Below are positions 23,736-36,957 of a stretch of DNA of 61,597 nucleotides, piece by piece. The stretch's first letter is position 1, and every line of letters starts with the position of its first letter. The notes below the pieces were generated by a model, which worked only from the letters and a program-made list of their open reading frames with translations, searched no databases and was not told where the DNA came from. The position numbers and the translations under genes are program-made. The stretch is taken from positions 1-61,597 of the forward strand of contig JAXLNO010000197.1 in assembly GCA_038087875.1 (NCBI GenBank). The letters are read 5' to 3'. Origin of the DNA: Malacoraja senta. Lineage: Eukaryota.

Positions 23736-24962
23736 CACAGAGTGCTGGAGTAACTCAGCGGGTCAGGCAGCATCTGTGGAGAACATGGATGGGTGACGTT
23801 TCACAGAGTGCTGGAGTAACTCAGCGGGTCAGGCAGCATCTGTGGAGAACATGGATAGGTGACGTTTCACAGAGTGCTGGAGTAACTCAGCGGGTCAGGC
23901 AGCATCTGTGGAGCGAAGGAAATGGGCAACCTTTCAGGCCGAAACCCTGAAGGAAATAGGCAAGCAACGTTTCGGGCCGAAACCCGGAAGGGTTTCGGGC
24001 CGAAACGTTGCCTATTTCCTTCGCTCCATAGATGCTGCCGGAACATGGATAGGTGACGTTTCACAGAGTGCTGGAGTAACTCAGCGGGTCAGGCAGCATC
24101 TGTGGGGAACATGGATAGGTGACGTTTCACAGAGTGCTGGAGTACCTGTCCTACTTGGGCATCATTTGCGCGTCATTTACATGACAGGCCGGTAGTGACT
24201 GACGCGCGACTGTCGGGCGAAAATCGTCTAGCAGTACGACAGTCGCGCGCCAAGTGCTCTTGAGGGCCCTGCTTCTTGTGGGATGTTGTTCGTACTTAGT
24301 CCGATCTCCGTGGCAAGGATTTTCCCAGTGAAATTTTTTTTCAAAACTACGCGTGCTTTATACCCGGGGTGGTCACGTGGTTCGGCGCTCAAATGACGCG
24401 CAAACGGCTAGCCGACGGCGTACGGGCGGCGCATGGTCACGGACGTTGACGCATAATAAATTAGAATAGCCAACGTTCGTGCGTCACCGTGCGTCACCAC
24501 GCGCTACACGTACGCCGTCAGTACGTCAGCTTGCGCAAGGGATACGTCACGCAGGTGGTGCGCGAGGATTTTGAGCATTCCAAAATCACGGGGCGCCACG
24601 CGTCACTGCATACGCCACCATGCCTCAACACCCGCGTCAACCAATTTTTAGGAAGTCGCTTAAATGACGCGCAAATGATGCCGAAGTGGGACAGGCCCTT
24701 AACTCAGCGGGTCAGGCAGCATCTGTGGAGAACATGGATAGCTGACGTTTCACAGAGTGCTGGAGTAACTCAGCGGGTCAGGCAGCATCTGTGGTGAACA
24801 TGGATAGGTGACGTTTCACAGAGTGCTGGAGTAACTTAGCGGGTCAGGCAGCATCTGTGGAGAACATGGATAGGTGACGTTTCACAGAGTGCTGGAGTAA
24901 CTCAGCGGGTCAGGCAGCATCTGTGGGGAACATGGATAGGTGACGTTTTGGGTCGGAATCCT
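23736..24962 (-). repeat. 66-bp tandem array with palindromic module, interrupted by a MITE
   Basis: Same unit and module as 238-890, in reverse orientation. Confidence 0.9.
24145..24699. mobile_element. PIF/Harbinger-like MITE (left end clipped), CpG-rich
   Basis: CCTGTCCTACTTGGGCATCATTTGCGCGTCATTTA ... TAAATGACGCGCAAATGATGCCGAAGTGGGACAGGCCCT followed by TAA; inserted at GAGTAACTC of a 66-bp unit. Confidence 0.8.
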
Positions 24963-25563
24963 TCTATCGTTGTTTTACACTTTAGGGATACAGCACGGAA
25001 ACAGGCCCTTCGGCCCATCGATTCCACACCAACCAGCGATCATCACGTACACTAACACTACCCTAATGCAGAAATAAAGAGAAGCTAATGTAGAAACAAG
25101 GAACTGCAGATGCTGGTTTACAACCAAAAAAAGACAGAAAGTGCTGGAGTAATTCAGCCGGTCAGGCAGCATTTCTGGAGAACCCAGACAGTTGACGTTA
25201 CAGGTCAGGACCCTTCTTCAAATAGCAGCTACAGCTCCTTGTTTGTATGTTGGCACAGCAGGCTGTGGAGGCCGTCAATGTTAAAGGTCCTCGTACACCT
25301 CATCATGCTTCTTTCCAGATTAAAATCCATAGATATGTTCATAGAAGAAGCGTATGGTCCACTTCAAAGCGATTCCACTTTCATTGAGTGGCAACAAGGA
25401 ACTGCAGATGCTGGTTTACCAAGGAAAGACACAAAGTGTTGGAGCATTGGGTGGATCAGGCAGCGACCCTGGAGAACATGGATAGGTGACGTTTCGGGTT
25501 GAGAATTTTACTCGGACTGATTATAGGGACCCACGATATCTTATGTCTGACAGTGGGCTCAAC

Positions 25564-25923
25564 TTAAGATTGTTAAGGGCTTGGACACGCTAGAGGCAGG
25601 AAACATGTTCCAGATGTTGGGGGAGTCCAGAACCAGGGGCCACAGTTTAAGAATAAGGAGTAAGCCATTTAGAACGGAGACGAGGAAACACTTTTTCTCA
25701 CAGAGAGTGGTGAGTCTGTGGAATTCTCTGCCTCAGAGGGCGGTGGAGGCAGGTTCTCTGGATGCTTTCAAGAGAGAGCTAGATAGGGCTCTTAAAAATA
25801 GCGGAGTCAGGGGATATGGGGAGAAGGCAGGAACGGGGTACTGATTGGGGATGATCAGCCATGATCACATTGAATGGCTCGAAGGGCCGAATGGCCTACT
25901 CCTGCACCTATTGTCTATTGTCT
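25564..25923 (+). mobile_element. CR1 LINE 3' fragment
   Basis: ORF 25581-25844 plus 3'UTR and tail. Confidence 0.9.
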
Positions 25924-26030
25924 AACTGGGAAGATCTCGAAAGGACTGCCAACAACCAAGTGAGGTGGAGGACATTTGTCAATGGCGTATGCTCCCTAGA
26001 GGAGCAAAGGGCTTAAGAAGAAGAAGAAGA
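25924..26030 (+). mobile_element. RTE/RTE-X-type LINE, extreme 3' end
   Basis: NWEDLERTANNQVRWRTFVNGVCSLEEQRA* immediately followed by an (AAG)n tail. Confidence 0.65.
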
Positions 26031-27004
26031 TATTTTTTTAAAGGACATGATAGATGCTACCAAACCTTTCCTTATCTTGCTTTCAGTGGGGATAAAATGG
26101 ATTGCCTTTTACCCTGAACATGGTTTTGTACAGAATGCGAGAGTTGGGATTGGAACAAAATGGAGAACGCAGTCAGATCATTTGTAAATTAAATTGCAGG
26201 CCAAAAGCAGATTAATTGGCTATGCTTTCATGAAATGCATTCCGTTTCTCACAGTCGAAATGCCAGGAAATATCGATTCCTTCTCCCCGCTGGTGTGGGT
26301 CCAAGGCAATTAGAGATTCTTTTTCACAATGAAAAGCCTTTAGGTTTGAGAAAGATTCAGTCAATTCCGAACTTGGGGTGAGTCACACACACACACAGAC
26401 ACAGGAGAAGTATCGACACGACGGAGCCAGGAGCCAGGAGAACAGGCAAGATTCCAGAGTGCGGGAGGCTGGGGATGAGTTCAGATGAGGAGATGGCCAG
26501 TCGCGAGCGCAGATGGAGGAAAGATGCTGGAACCACGCTTGGCGCACTCTTGCTCGCGTTGGCCAGCAATGGTGGCACCTCGGGTAGTCCTGTTGGAGTG
26601 GTGGAAACTGAGCCATCACCGGATCACATCCTTGTCGTGCTGAGTCCAACCAACGCACCTCAAGAAGTCCTGCTGGAGTAACTCGGCAGGTCAGGCGGCA
26701 TCTCTGGACAACATGGATAGATGACGTTTCCTATTCATGTTCAGGAAGAAGGGTTTCGGCCCGAAACGTTGCCTATTTCCTTCGCTCCATAGATGCTGCC
26801 GCACCCGCTGAGTTTCTCCAGCACTTTTGTCTACCTCCTATTCATGTTCTGCAGTGATGCTGCCTGACCCGCTGAGTTCCTCAGCGCTGTGTGTCTTCTT
26901 TTGTAAACCAGCATCTGCAGTTCCTTGTTTTTAACTCCTAAATGATAGTTTGCCTTTCCAAACTCGAGTTCTAGTGGTCAAAATTCAATGGGTTGCAAAA
27001 GTTC

Positions 27005-27648
27005 CGGCACGGTGGCTCAGGGGTAGAGTTGCTGCCTTACAGCACCAGAGACCCGGGTTCCATTCTGACTACGGGTGCTGTCTGTACGGAGTTTGTACGT
27101 ACTCCCTGTGACCTGCGTGGGTTGACTCCAAAATCTTCGGTTTCCTCCCGCACTCCAAAGACATACAGGTTTGTAGGTTTGTTGGTTTGGTAACAATGTG
27201 AAATTGTCCCTAGTGTGTGTGTGTAGGATAGAGTTAGTGTTGGGGGATTGCTGGTCGGTGCAGACAATAGACAATAGGTGCAGGAGTGGGCCATTTGGCC
27301 CTTCGAGCCAGCACTGCCATTCAATGTGATCATGGCTGATCATCCCCAATCAGTGCCCCGTTCCTGCCTTCTCCCCATATCCCCTGACTCTGCTATTTTT
27401 AAGAGCCCTATCTAGCTCTCTCTTGAAAGCATCCAGAGAACCTGCCTCCACCGCCCTCTGAGGCAGAGAATTCCACAGACTCACCACTCTCTGTGAGAAA
27501 AAGTGTTTCCTCGTCTCCGTTCTAAATGGCTTACTCCTTATTCTTAAACTGTGTGGCCCCTGGTTCTGGACTCCCCCAACAACGGGAACATGTTTCCTGC
27601 CTCTAGTGTGTCCAAGCCCTTAGCAATCTTAGATGTTTCAATGAGATC
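27005..27648. mobile_element. HE1-like SINE (+, 27005-27262) abutting a CR1 3' fragment (-, 27262-27648)
   Basis: SINE head and V domain, then reverse CR1 tail AGACAATAGACAATAGG. Confidence 0.8.
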
Positions 27649-28377
27649 CCGGGAAACCCAGGGTACTCCGGGTGCTTCCAGGAAACCGGAGCACCCGGAG
27701 AAAACCCACGCAAGTCACGGGGAAAAGGTACAAACTCCCTACAGACAGCAGCCATGATCAGGATGGAACCCAGGTCTAAGTAGGCAACTCTACCGCTGCG
27801 TCAACATGCCACTCTACCGTACTATGGTACGGGTGGTGAAGAGCTTCCTGTATGGTATATAGGTTCAATAGCATCACATGCAAGCTAGGATTTGTGGGCC
27901 AGATGCATGACTAATAATGCAGGGGGGTGGACAAATATTCTGGAGATTAAACCTAAGCTTTTAATGAACACGACTCAAATCTCCTCTGGAATTGAAATGC
28001 AATCAATCGGATTAAGTTTCATTTTTTCCAGGAAAATAAATGACTAATAACTGTAATAATGAAATTATTAAATTGGCACAATGACCTGACTGGCAGAGAT
28101 GGAACTTTGTTCTATTTATCTATTCTGACCCATTCTCGACTCCAGCCCATAGCTATGTAGATGAGTAGCTGACGCCTGAGTTGACTCAGTCACTGGTATA
28201 AATAATGACACTGAAAGACGATATGAATGAACGGAGTGGACCAGCTGACGTTGACCACACACAGGCCTGGAGTAACTCAGGCTCGGACAATAAGCACCCC
28301 CCCCCCCCCCCTTGTCACAGGGTCCAAATCCTGGAACTCCGTACCAGAGGCACATTGGATGCTCTCCACCACACAGA

Positions 28378-28665
28378 TGGTGGCGCAGCGGTAGAGTTGC
28401 TGCCTTACAGCACCAGAGACCCGGGTTCCATCCTGACCACGGGTGCTGTCTGTACAGAGTCCCCGTGACCTGCGTGGGTTTCCTCCAGGTTCTTCGGTTT
28501 CCTCCCACACTCCAGAGACGCACAGGTTTGGAGGTTAATTGGCTTCGGGAAAATTGTAAATTGTCCCTAGTGTGTGCAGGACAGTATTAGTGGGCGGGGA
28601 TCGCTGGTCGGTGTGGACTTGGTGGGTCGAAGGGCCTGTTTCAGCACGGTAACTCTAAATCTCTA
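28378..28665 (+). mobile_element. HE1-like V-SINE
   Basis: TGGTGGCGCAGCGGTAGAG head, V domain and tail. Confidence 0.8.
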
Positions 28666-28708
28666 AATGCCACACTGGGTTGTATCGTCCCTTGCTTAAC
28701 CCAATGAA

Positions 28709-28835
28709 GGGGTGGGAGGTTGCAACCTTCACGTGGTCGACGAATGCAATCAACCTGCCGTGCACAATCAAGTAAGATCAAATAGAACAAGTTGTCCCAC
28801 AACTTTAGGCTGTGCACGCCAACCGCAAGAAGAAG
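28709..28835 (+). mobile_element. 5'-truncated retroposon with (AAG)n tail and 11-bp TSD
   Basis: AACCCAATGAA at 28698-28708 and 28836-28846; ends GCAAGAAGAAG. Confidence 0.75.
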
Positions 28836-29456
28836 AACCCAATGAAATGGATCCAAGTTATGCGACTGCACAGATCACAGCATTCTCTGCAAAACTGTCG
28901 AGTAAGCAGAAGTCGATAAACCTCACAGTAATTGATGGGAACTTAGATAGCCGTGCTACGGTGCTTTGTAAATGTAGGTTTTGCTTAGCTTGGTGTTTCT
29001 TAATATGGTAGTGGCTTTGCATTACTGCGAATGACCTAGATACATTTCAAAATGTATGCTGAATGAACACAGTGGAAAGCCAATTTGTCAAGATCAGGAT
29101 CTGAACATTTTTTGGGGGTTTGCATTCCATCGCAGAAACAAAAAACTATTTGATAACATTATTTTTTTAAATGATTTTCTCTTCCCTCAAACGGCAGCTT
29201 TTTCCTGCCGGCCCTTCATTGCAACAGAGAGCTAACTGTGAAAGAACTGAGTTTTCCAAAAGGATTGTCTTGATACTTTCTTTATTTTTTTGCATTCATG
29301 AAAACATTTTGTATTCTTTGCAGATAGAACCAGCTCTCAAATTTGCCATTTGTTTCATGTAAGTATATAGATGCCACGGTCACAGATATACCTGGTTAGC
29401 CCGACCCTGCTAAACCATGCCTTCATATATCTGGACACCGAGATCGGAAATTCTGG

Positions 29457-30165
29457 TCCAAATCCCTGCTCCATCTCCCTCTCATCCCTAAATCCCATCG
29501 ATATCCATGCTCCATCTCCCTCTCATCCCTAAATCCCATCGATATCCATGCTCCATCTCCCTCTCATCCCTAAATCCCATCCAAATCCCTGCTCCTCCCT
29601 CTCCCTCTTCTCCCCTAAATCCCATCCAAATCCATGCTCTCTCCCTCTCTCTCCCCTAACTAAATCCCATGCAAATCCCTGCTCCCTCTCATCCTAAATC
29701 CAATCAAAATCCAAATCCATGCTCCATCTCCCTCTTCTCCCTAAATCCCATCCAAATCCCTGCTCCATCTCTCTCTCCCTCTCCTCCCCTATATCGTATC
29801 CATATCCCTGCTCCATCTCTCCCTCCCAACTAAATCCAATCAAAATCCATGCTCCATCTCTCTCCCTCTCCTCCCTAAATCCCATCAAAATCCCTGCTCT
29901 CCTTCCCATCCAATTCTCTTCTCCCCTAAATCCCATCCAAATCCCTGCTCCCTCTCCTTCCCATCCAAATCTCTTCTCCCCTAAATCCCATGCAAATCCC
30001 TGCTCCATCTCCCTCTCATCCCTAAATCCAATCGAAATCCATCCTCCATCTCCCTCTCCATCCCCTCCCCTAAATACCGTCCAAATCCATGCTCCATCTC
30101 CCTCTCCCAACTAAATCCCATCCAAATCCCTGCTCCACCTCCCTCTCCCTCCCTAAATCCCACTT
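29457..30165 (+). repeat. Pyrimidine-rich minisatellite, ~41-bp unit
   Basis: TAAATCCCATCGATATCCATGCTCCATCTCCCTCTCATCCC at 29489, 29530, 29571, degenerating downstream. Confidence 0.9.
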
Positions 30166-30361
30166 CTTCCCCCTGTCTGTTGTGTGAATCCATCAACCAA
30201 GTAATTCGGTTTGCCATCCCCTATTTTGGTTTAGGTCCTGTGGCATTTCTGTCACAACATGGAACATAGAGCTGTACAGCACAGGAACTGGCCCTTCGGC
30301 CCACCATGTCTGCTATGATGCCAATCGGAACCAATCCATCTGTCTGCTCATCCCTCTATTG

Positions 30362-30589
30362 CAGGAGTTCCCAACCTTTTACGTCCCGTTTACCCTGGCA
30401 ACTTTAATAGCACATAACAATGTTATTTCACTTATTTATGAACTAATAATGAACAGATACCGGCATACCAGAACCAAACACAGTCAGTCAATGAGAAAAA
30501 ACCCGTAAAATCCAGAATCAACAATTTACCCCCTGGGTAGGCGACACTTAACCCCTGAGGGTAAATTTACCCCAGGTTGGGAGCCCTTG
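30362..30589. mobile_element. Non-autonomous hAT DNA transposon
   Basis: TIR CAGGAGTTCCCAACCT / AGGTTGGGAGCCCTTG; perfect 8-bp TSD CTCTATTG. Confidence 0.85.
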
Positions 30590-30891
30590 CTCTATTGCCT
30601 GCCAGTTAATGTGTCTGCCTAAATATTGCCATCGTATCTGTTTCTACCATCCTATTACTTTTCCTTTTTACTTTGAGATACTCTGCAGAAACAGGCCCTT
30701 TGGGCCCACCGAGTCTGCGCCGACCAGCGATCGCTCCGTACACCAGCACTATCCTACACACACTAGAGAAAATTTACGATTTACGATACCAAAGCCAGTT
30801 AACCTACCAACTGCACATCTTTGGAGCGTGGGTAGAAACCGGAGCACCCGGAGAAATCCCATGTGGTCACGGGGAGAATAGACAGTAGACA

Positions 30892-31456
30892 ATACATAGA
30901 TACATAGAAAATAGGTGCAGGAGTAGGCCATTCGGCCCTTCGAGCCTGCACCGCCATTCAATATGATCATGGCTGATCATCCAACTCAGTATCCCGTACC
31001 TGCCTTCTCTCCATACCCCCTGATCCCCTTAGCCACAAGGGCCACATCTAACTCCCTCTTAAATATAGCCAATGAACTGGCCTCAACTACCCTCTGTGGC
31101 AGAGAGTTCCAGAGATTCACCACTCTCTGTGTGAAAAGGTTTTTCCTCATCTCGGTCTTAAAGCATTTCCCCCTTATCCTTAAGCTGTGACCCCTTGTCC
31201 TGGACTTCCCCAACATCGGGAACAATCTTCCTGCATCTAGCCTGTCCAACCCCATAAGAATTTTGTACGTTTCTATAAGATCCCCTCTCAATCTCCTAAA
31301 TTCTAACAAGTATAAGCCAAGTCTATCCAGTCTTTCTTTATATGAAAGTCCTGACATCCCAGGAATCAGTCTGGTGAACCTTCTCTGCACTCCCTCTATG
31401 GCTATAATGTCCTTCCTCAGATTTGGAGACCAAAACTCTACGCAATACTCCAGGTG
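30892..31456 (-). mobile_element. CR1 LINE 3' fragment nested in another CR1 tail inside a SINE
   Basis: HLEYCVEFWSPNLRKDIIAIEGVQRRFTRLIPG...GTGY; flanks are a CR1 3'UTR (31457-31620) and SINE pieces. Confidence 0.85.
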
Positions 31457-32594
31457 TCGGAGTAGGCCATTCGGTCCTCCGAGCCAGCACAATGTGATCA
31501 TGGCTGATCATCCCCAATCAGTACCCCGTTCCTGCCTTCTCCCCATATCCCCTGACTCCGCTATCTTTAAGAGCCCTATCTAGCTCTCTCTTGAAAGCAT
31601 CCAGAGAACCGGCCTCCACCAGAGAAGGTACAAACTCCGTATAGGCAGCAAAGGTAATCAGGATGGAACCCGGGTCTCTGGTGCTATAAGGCAGCAACTC
31701 TGCCACTGCATCGCCATGCTGCCTTCTAGGCTTAATTAGCTGCTGTAAATTGGTGCTGGTGCGTAGGATAGTGTTAGCGTGCAGGGTGATCGCTGGTCAG
31801 CGCGGGCTTGGTGGACCAAAGGACCTGTTTCCACTCTGCATCTCTAAAGTCACTGAGTTTGGGTGGGAGGGGGGGGGGAGAGGGGGGGGCGGGGGGAAGA
31901 TGGAGGCTCATGGACAGATACAATTATCACAGAGGCTGCAACAAGGATGACATTCTAAACACATTAAGCCTGTCACTGCAGGAGTGGTGTTGAACAGATA
32001 AGCTTCAAATGTGTCCTGTTGTCTCAGCCATCGCCTGCAGGGACTGTAAGATCATATGCAATCCAGCCACTGCAATTACAGCAGCATCCGTACAAACACA
32101 GCAAGCTTGACATTTACAGAACCTAAAAATATCATACTTAAATGATTGCTAATATAAATCTCAGGATTTTTTTGCATTGTAATATTGCTCATATAAATGG
32201 CAGGACATTTCACTGTTTATCATTGACTTTTCGCCTTATCTTCCCGACATAAACACACCTCATGCAGCTGGAGCAGTGTAGTTGCCATTTCATTCGGCTC
32301 ATAATCAGTCTCTGTACCGATCGCCCAAAGACACAAAATCAAATCCCAATATGGTTGTGAAATCAGAACTCAGTTAAAAATTCAACAATAAACGAGGTCT
32401 TGCCTTTTTATTTACACCTCCTCTCTTCCCCGAGCCCCACCTGGTCTCATATCCATGTCTCCCCTTCCCTCCCTTCTTCCGCCAATATTCCTTCCTCTGC
32501 CTTCACATTAGTTTAGTTTAGTTTACAGATACAGTGTGGAAACAGGCGCTTCGGCCCACTCCCACACTCCAATGTACCATGGTTGATTATACAA

Positions 32595-32895
32595 CACCTT
32601 GGTAGAGCTTAGCTGCCTCACAGCCTGGGTCAGATACCCGGGTTCCATCTGATCTCGGAAGCTATCTGTGTGGAGTGTGCACGTTCGCCCTGCGCCCACG
32701 TGGGTTTCCTCCGGGTGCTCTGGTTTCCTCCCACACTCCAAAGAAGTACAGGTTTGTAGATTAATTGGCTTGGTGTAAATGTAAATTGTCCCTAGTGTGC
32801 GTGGGATGGTGTTAAAGTGCGGGGATCGCCGGTCGGCGCGGACTCGGTGGGCCGAAGGGCCTGTTTCCGCGCTGCATCTCGAAACTAAACTGAAC
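32595..32895 (+). mobile_element. HE1-like V-SINE
   Basis: Degenerate head, V domain and tail. Confidence 0.75.
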
Positions 32896-34080
32896 TGATT
32901 TTGTTTTAAATACTATTCGTCCCATGAAGAACTGGAAGTTAGGAAGGGAACTGACAGAATTTGCTGCAATACCCACAAAAATAAATTTGAGAAGTACAAC
33001 TTAATAAAGAAATATCCTGCTGTGTTTTAAGGAAGTGGTTATCACACACAGAATTGATGGGGAAATGATGACAGATGATGAAAATGGATTGAATTGATTG
33101 ATTGCACGATACAACGTGGAAACAGGTCCTTCAGCCCACGCAGTCTCAGAGATGATGAGAATTGTCTTCACTCAGGGAAAGATGAACCTGTGGCGCGCGC
33201 CATCAGGAAAACAGCAGAGGCCAAGTTGTAGAAACAAAGAACTGCAGAGGCTGGTTAATTCACAAAAGGACACCAAGTGCTGGATTTAACTCAGCAGGTC
33301 AGGCAGCAACTCTGGAGAACGCGGATAGGTCACAAAAGGATAAAGTGCTGGATTTAACTCGGCAGGTCAGGCAGATGTCTGGAGAAGGTTCTCCACCCAA
33401 AACATCACCTATCCATGCTCTCCAGAGATGCTGCTAGACCTGCTGAGTTGCTCCAGCCCTCCGTGTCACTATTGTGGAATAGATTTAAGCAGATCATTGC
33501 ATTTCTAGATACAAAGGCATGGAGGTAGATGAGGAGAAGAGATGACAGAGCATTGGTATTGAACCAACGGATCAGCCAAAGTGAACAGCAGGGCTGTTTT
33601 GAAGGGCTGAATGGCCACCACCTCATATAGCCTAATATCTACCCTTAATTAACGCCACTGAAAGTCAATTGATTGCTAAATGTTCAGGGTGGTCAAAGAT
33701 TGACCCATTTACCTTAAGGTGACCCAATGGAGATGAAATTCTGTTTAAAGAGATTTTTTGTTTCCTGAATGTAAGCTCTGTGAAAAGTGCTTTGTAAATT
33801 AATTCAATTAATTTATTGAATTAGATGCTGAAGAGATGAGATTGAAGGATACAGGGAGACAGCTGATTCATTGACTGAATGAAAGGGCCATGGCCCATTC
33901 TCAAAAATTCATATCCACCAATTTGTTAAACAGCAACCACAATCGCACAAAGGGGCTGTGGGGTGTATGGAACGAGCTGCCGGAGGAGGCAGTTGACCCA
34001 GGTACTGGGTCATCAAGAAACATTTGGACTGGAAATGGACAGCTTTGGAGGGATATCAGCCAAAAGCAGGCAGGTGGGAC

Positions 34081-34486
34081 CAAAGACCCTACAGCGAGCA
34101 AGATAGTCCACTCGACGGAAAAGACGTAGTACGGTCATGGGCAGATTCATGGGGTCATTTCCGGCCCCATTTCCGTAACCGGCTTCCGTCTCCGCACCAA
34201 AGATCCCACAGCGTAGCAAAGATAACTAGTGCGGAGACGGAAGCCGGTTACGGAAACATCCTCGTAAAAATAAAAGTTCTTTGGTAAAAATCTTCTCCTC
34301 ATTTTCAGAATTATAATTTATTAACACAAACTGTTCCCCCGCAACGTTGATTACACTGCGAGTCGGGTCGGGTCGGGTTACTGAAATGGATGAAAAAAAG
34401 GCCCACGTTCCATTCCGTTGCGTACTACACGTCAGCCCATTGCATTTAGCAGGACTGGTCTATCTTGCTCCGCTATAGGATCTTTG
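34081..34486. mobile_element. P-element-like non-autonomous DNA transposon, second copy
   Basis: Perfect 8-bp TSD GGTGGGAC (34073-34080, 34487-34494) inside a CR1 tail; same TIRs and internal 28-bp inverted repeat as 17900-18310. Confidence 0.85.
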
Positions 34487-34777
34487 GGTGGGACTAGTGT
34501 AGACGGGACATGTTGGCCAATGTTCCACCAAGATACAGCACAGAATGCCAAAGCAGATCCTTCTCCCCTGTGGCTATCAAACTGTACAATTCCTCCCCCT
34601 TCTGTCGTGGGGCAGAATCTACCCGAAACGTCACCCATTCCTTCTCTCCAGAGATACTGCCTGTCCCGCTGAGTTACTCCAGCTTTTTGTGTCTATCTTA
34701 GGTTTAAACCTGCATCTGCAGTTCCTTCCTACACAAGGTGTTATACAGGAATAATGCAAGAAAATTAGATTAGTGTA

Positions 34778-35210
34778 ATAGAAACATAGAAACATAGAAA
34801 ATAGGTGCAGGAGTAGGCCATTCGGCCCTTCGAGCCTGCACCACCATTCAATATGATCATGGCTGATCATCCAACTCAGTATCCTGTACCTGCCTTCTCT
34901 CCATACCCCCTGATCCCTTTAGCCACAAGGGATCAGGGGGTATATTTAACTCCCTCTTAAATATAGCCAATGAACTGGCCTCAACTACCTTCTGTGGCAG
35001 AGAATTCCACAGATTCACCACTCTCCGTGTGAAAAATGATTTTCTCATCTCGGTCCTAAAAGACTTCCTTCCCCCTTATCCTTAAACTGTGGCCCCTTGT
35101 TCTGGACTTCCCCAACATCGGGAACAATCTTCCTGCATCTAGCCTGTCCAACCCCTTAAGAATCTTGTAAGTTTCTATAAGATCCCCCCTCAATCTTCTA
35201 AATTCTAGCG
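34778..35210 (-). mobile_element. CR1 LINE 3' fragment
   Basis: MRKSFFTRRVVNLWNSLPQKVVEASS; tail. Confidence 0.85.
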
Positions 35211-35356
35211 CGGCAATTCTAAATGAGGAATAAGGGTTGGCATTGAGGTGACCTGAAGGAGCCTATTTCTGTGCCGTTTGAGTTTGATCTACAAAGACAA
35301 GCAAAATACTCTATGATATCGCTTGCCCTAAAATCACTTCCATCCACTATAAAACC

Positions 35357-35712
35357 CTACGATACGATAGAACCTTATTTATCCCAGGAGGGAAGTTGAT
35401 CTGCCAACAGTCGTAAAACACAACAAGATACATGAAACATGAAATTAAAGTGACAAGTGGAAAGGCTTGTGGAATGAGCAAAGATTGGGGGCGGGGCGGG
35501 AAGGAGAGTCAGTCTCAGTCTACCCCACGACAGAAGGGGGGAGGAGTTGTCCAGTTTGATGGCCACAGGGAAGAAGGATCTCCTGTGGCGTTCTGTGCTG
35601 CATCTTGGTGGGAACCAGTCTGTTGCTGAAGGTGCTCCTCAGGATGACCAGTGCGTCATGGAGGGGGTGAGCTGTGTTGTCCAGGATGCTCCGCAGTTTG
35701 AGGAGCATCCTC
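35357..35712 (-). mobile_element. Rex1/Babar-type LINE, 3' fragment
   Basis: RMLLKLRSILDNTAHPLHDALVILRSTFSNRL; AATAAA followed by (ATCGT)n tail. Confidence 0.75.
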
Positions 35713-36109
35713 CCAAACTGGCCAAACGCTGCCAAATCTAGCTCTCGGCCCCAGAGTGGCTGATTGGGTGTTCAAATATTTTCTGACGAGAATCGGGATG
35801 AACCTGAACAAAGTGTTTGTCAAAGGCAGGAAGCCTTGATTTTAATTCCGTACTGGTGCAAGGACAGAGCAAGCAAGGCCCAACCACCCACCGATTCACC
35901 ATTTGCCTTTTTTGAAAAGAGGGGCTGTGGATACAACAGAAACATAGAAAATAGGTGCAGGACTAGGTCATTCGGCCCTTCGAACCAGCACCGGCACTCA
36001 ATATGATCACGACTGATCATCCAGAATCAGTACCCGCTTCCCGCTTTTTGTCCCCATATCCTTCGATTCCTTCAGCCCTAAGAGCTGAATCTAACTCTCT
36101 CTTGAAAGC

Positions 36110-36422
36110 AAGGTGGTGGCACAGTGATGCAGCGGTAGAGTTGCTGCCTTACAGCGCTTGCAGCTCCAGAGACCCGGTTTTGATCCCGACTACGGGTGCT
36201 GTCTGTGCGGAGTTTGTACGGTCTCCCCGTGACCTGCGTGGGTTTTCTCCGAAAACGTTGGTTTCCTACACACGTACATGTTTGTATGCTAATTGGCTTG
36301 GTAAATGTAAAAACTGTCCCTAGTGGGTGTAGGATAGTGTTAATGTGTGGGGATTGCTGTTCGGCACGGACCAGGTGGGCCGAAGGGCCTGTTTCCGCGC
36401 TGTATCTTTAAACTAAACTAAA
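36110..36422 (+). mobile_element. HE1-like V-SINE
   Basis: Head, V domain and (TAAAC)n tail. Confidence 0.8.
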
Positions 36423-36880
36423 GCTGAAACAATGAAATCCCAGGCTGTATCTGGCTGATTCCTCCTCCTCCTCCTCCTCCTCCTCACACAAGGGGTGATC
36501 TTTGTCCCAGTAAGGCGAGCGATTGTCTGACTACTGGTGCTGTCTGTACGGAGTTTGCACGTTCTCCCCACACTCCAAAGACGTGCAGACACTAACCTAG
36601 TAGTTGCTCAGTAATAGTAACAGGATTGTGTTTCCAACATTCCCTAAACCTAGAGTCGCTGCCTCAGAGCGCCAGAGGCCCCCGGGTTCAATCCTGACCA
36701 CGGGTGCTGTCTGTGCGGAGTTTGTACGTTCTCCCCGTGACCTGCGTGGGTTTTCTCCCGGTGCTCCGGTTTCCTCCCGCACTTCAAAGACCCAGATCCT
36801 TGCGCTCAGGATTCTGGAAAAGAACTCTAATCCCACAAGCCTGAGACAAGAGACACAATGATCCGTTTACAGATGTTTTG

Positions 36881-36881
<1 letters not shown>

Positions 36882-36955
<74 letters not shown>
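36882..36955. repeat. (TA)37 microsatellite
   Basis: Uninterrupted TA run. Confidence 0.95.

Positions 36956-36957
<2 letters not shown>

Noticed and set aside
29694..30217. Pro/Ser-rich and Gly/Glu-rich ORFs
   Set aside because: Minisatellite translations.
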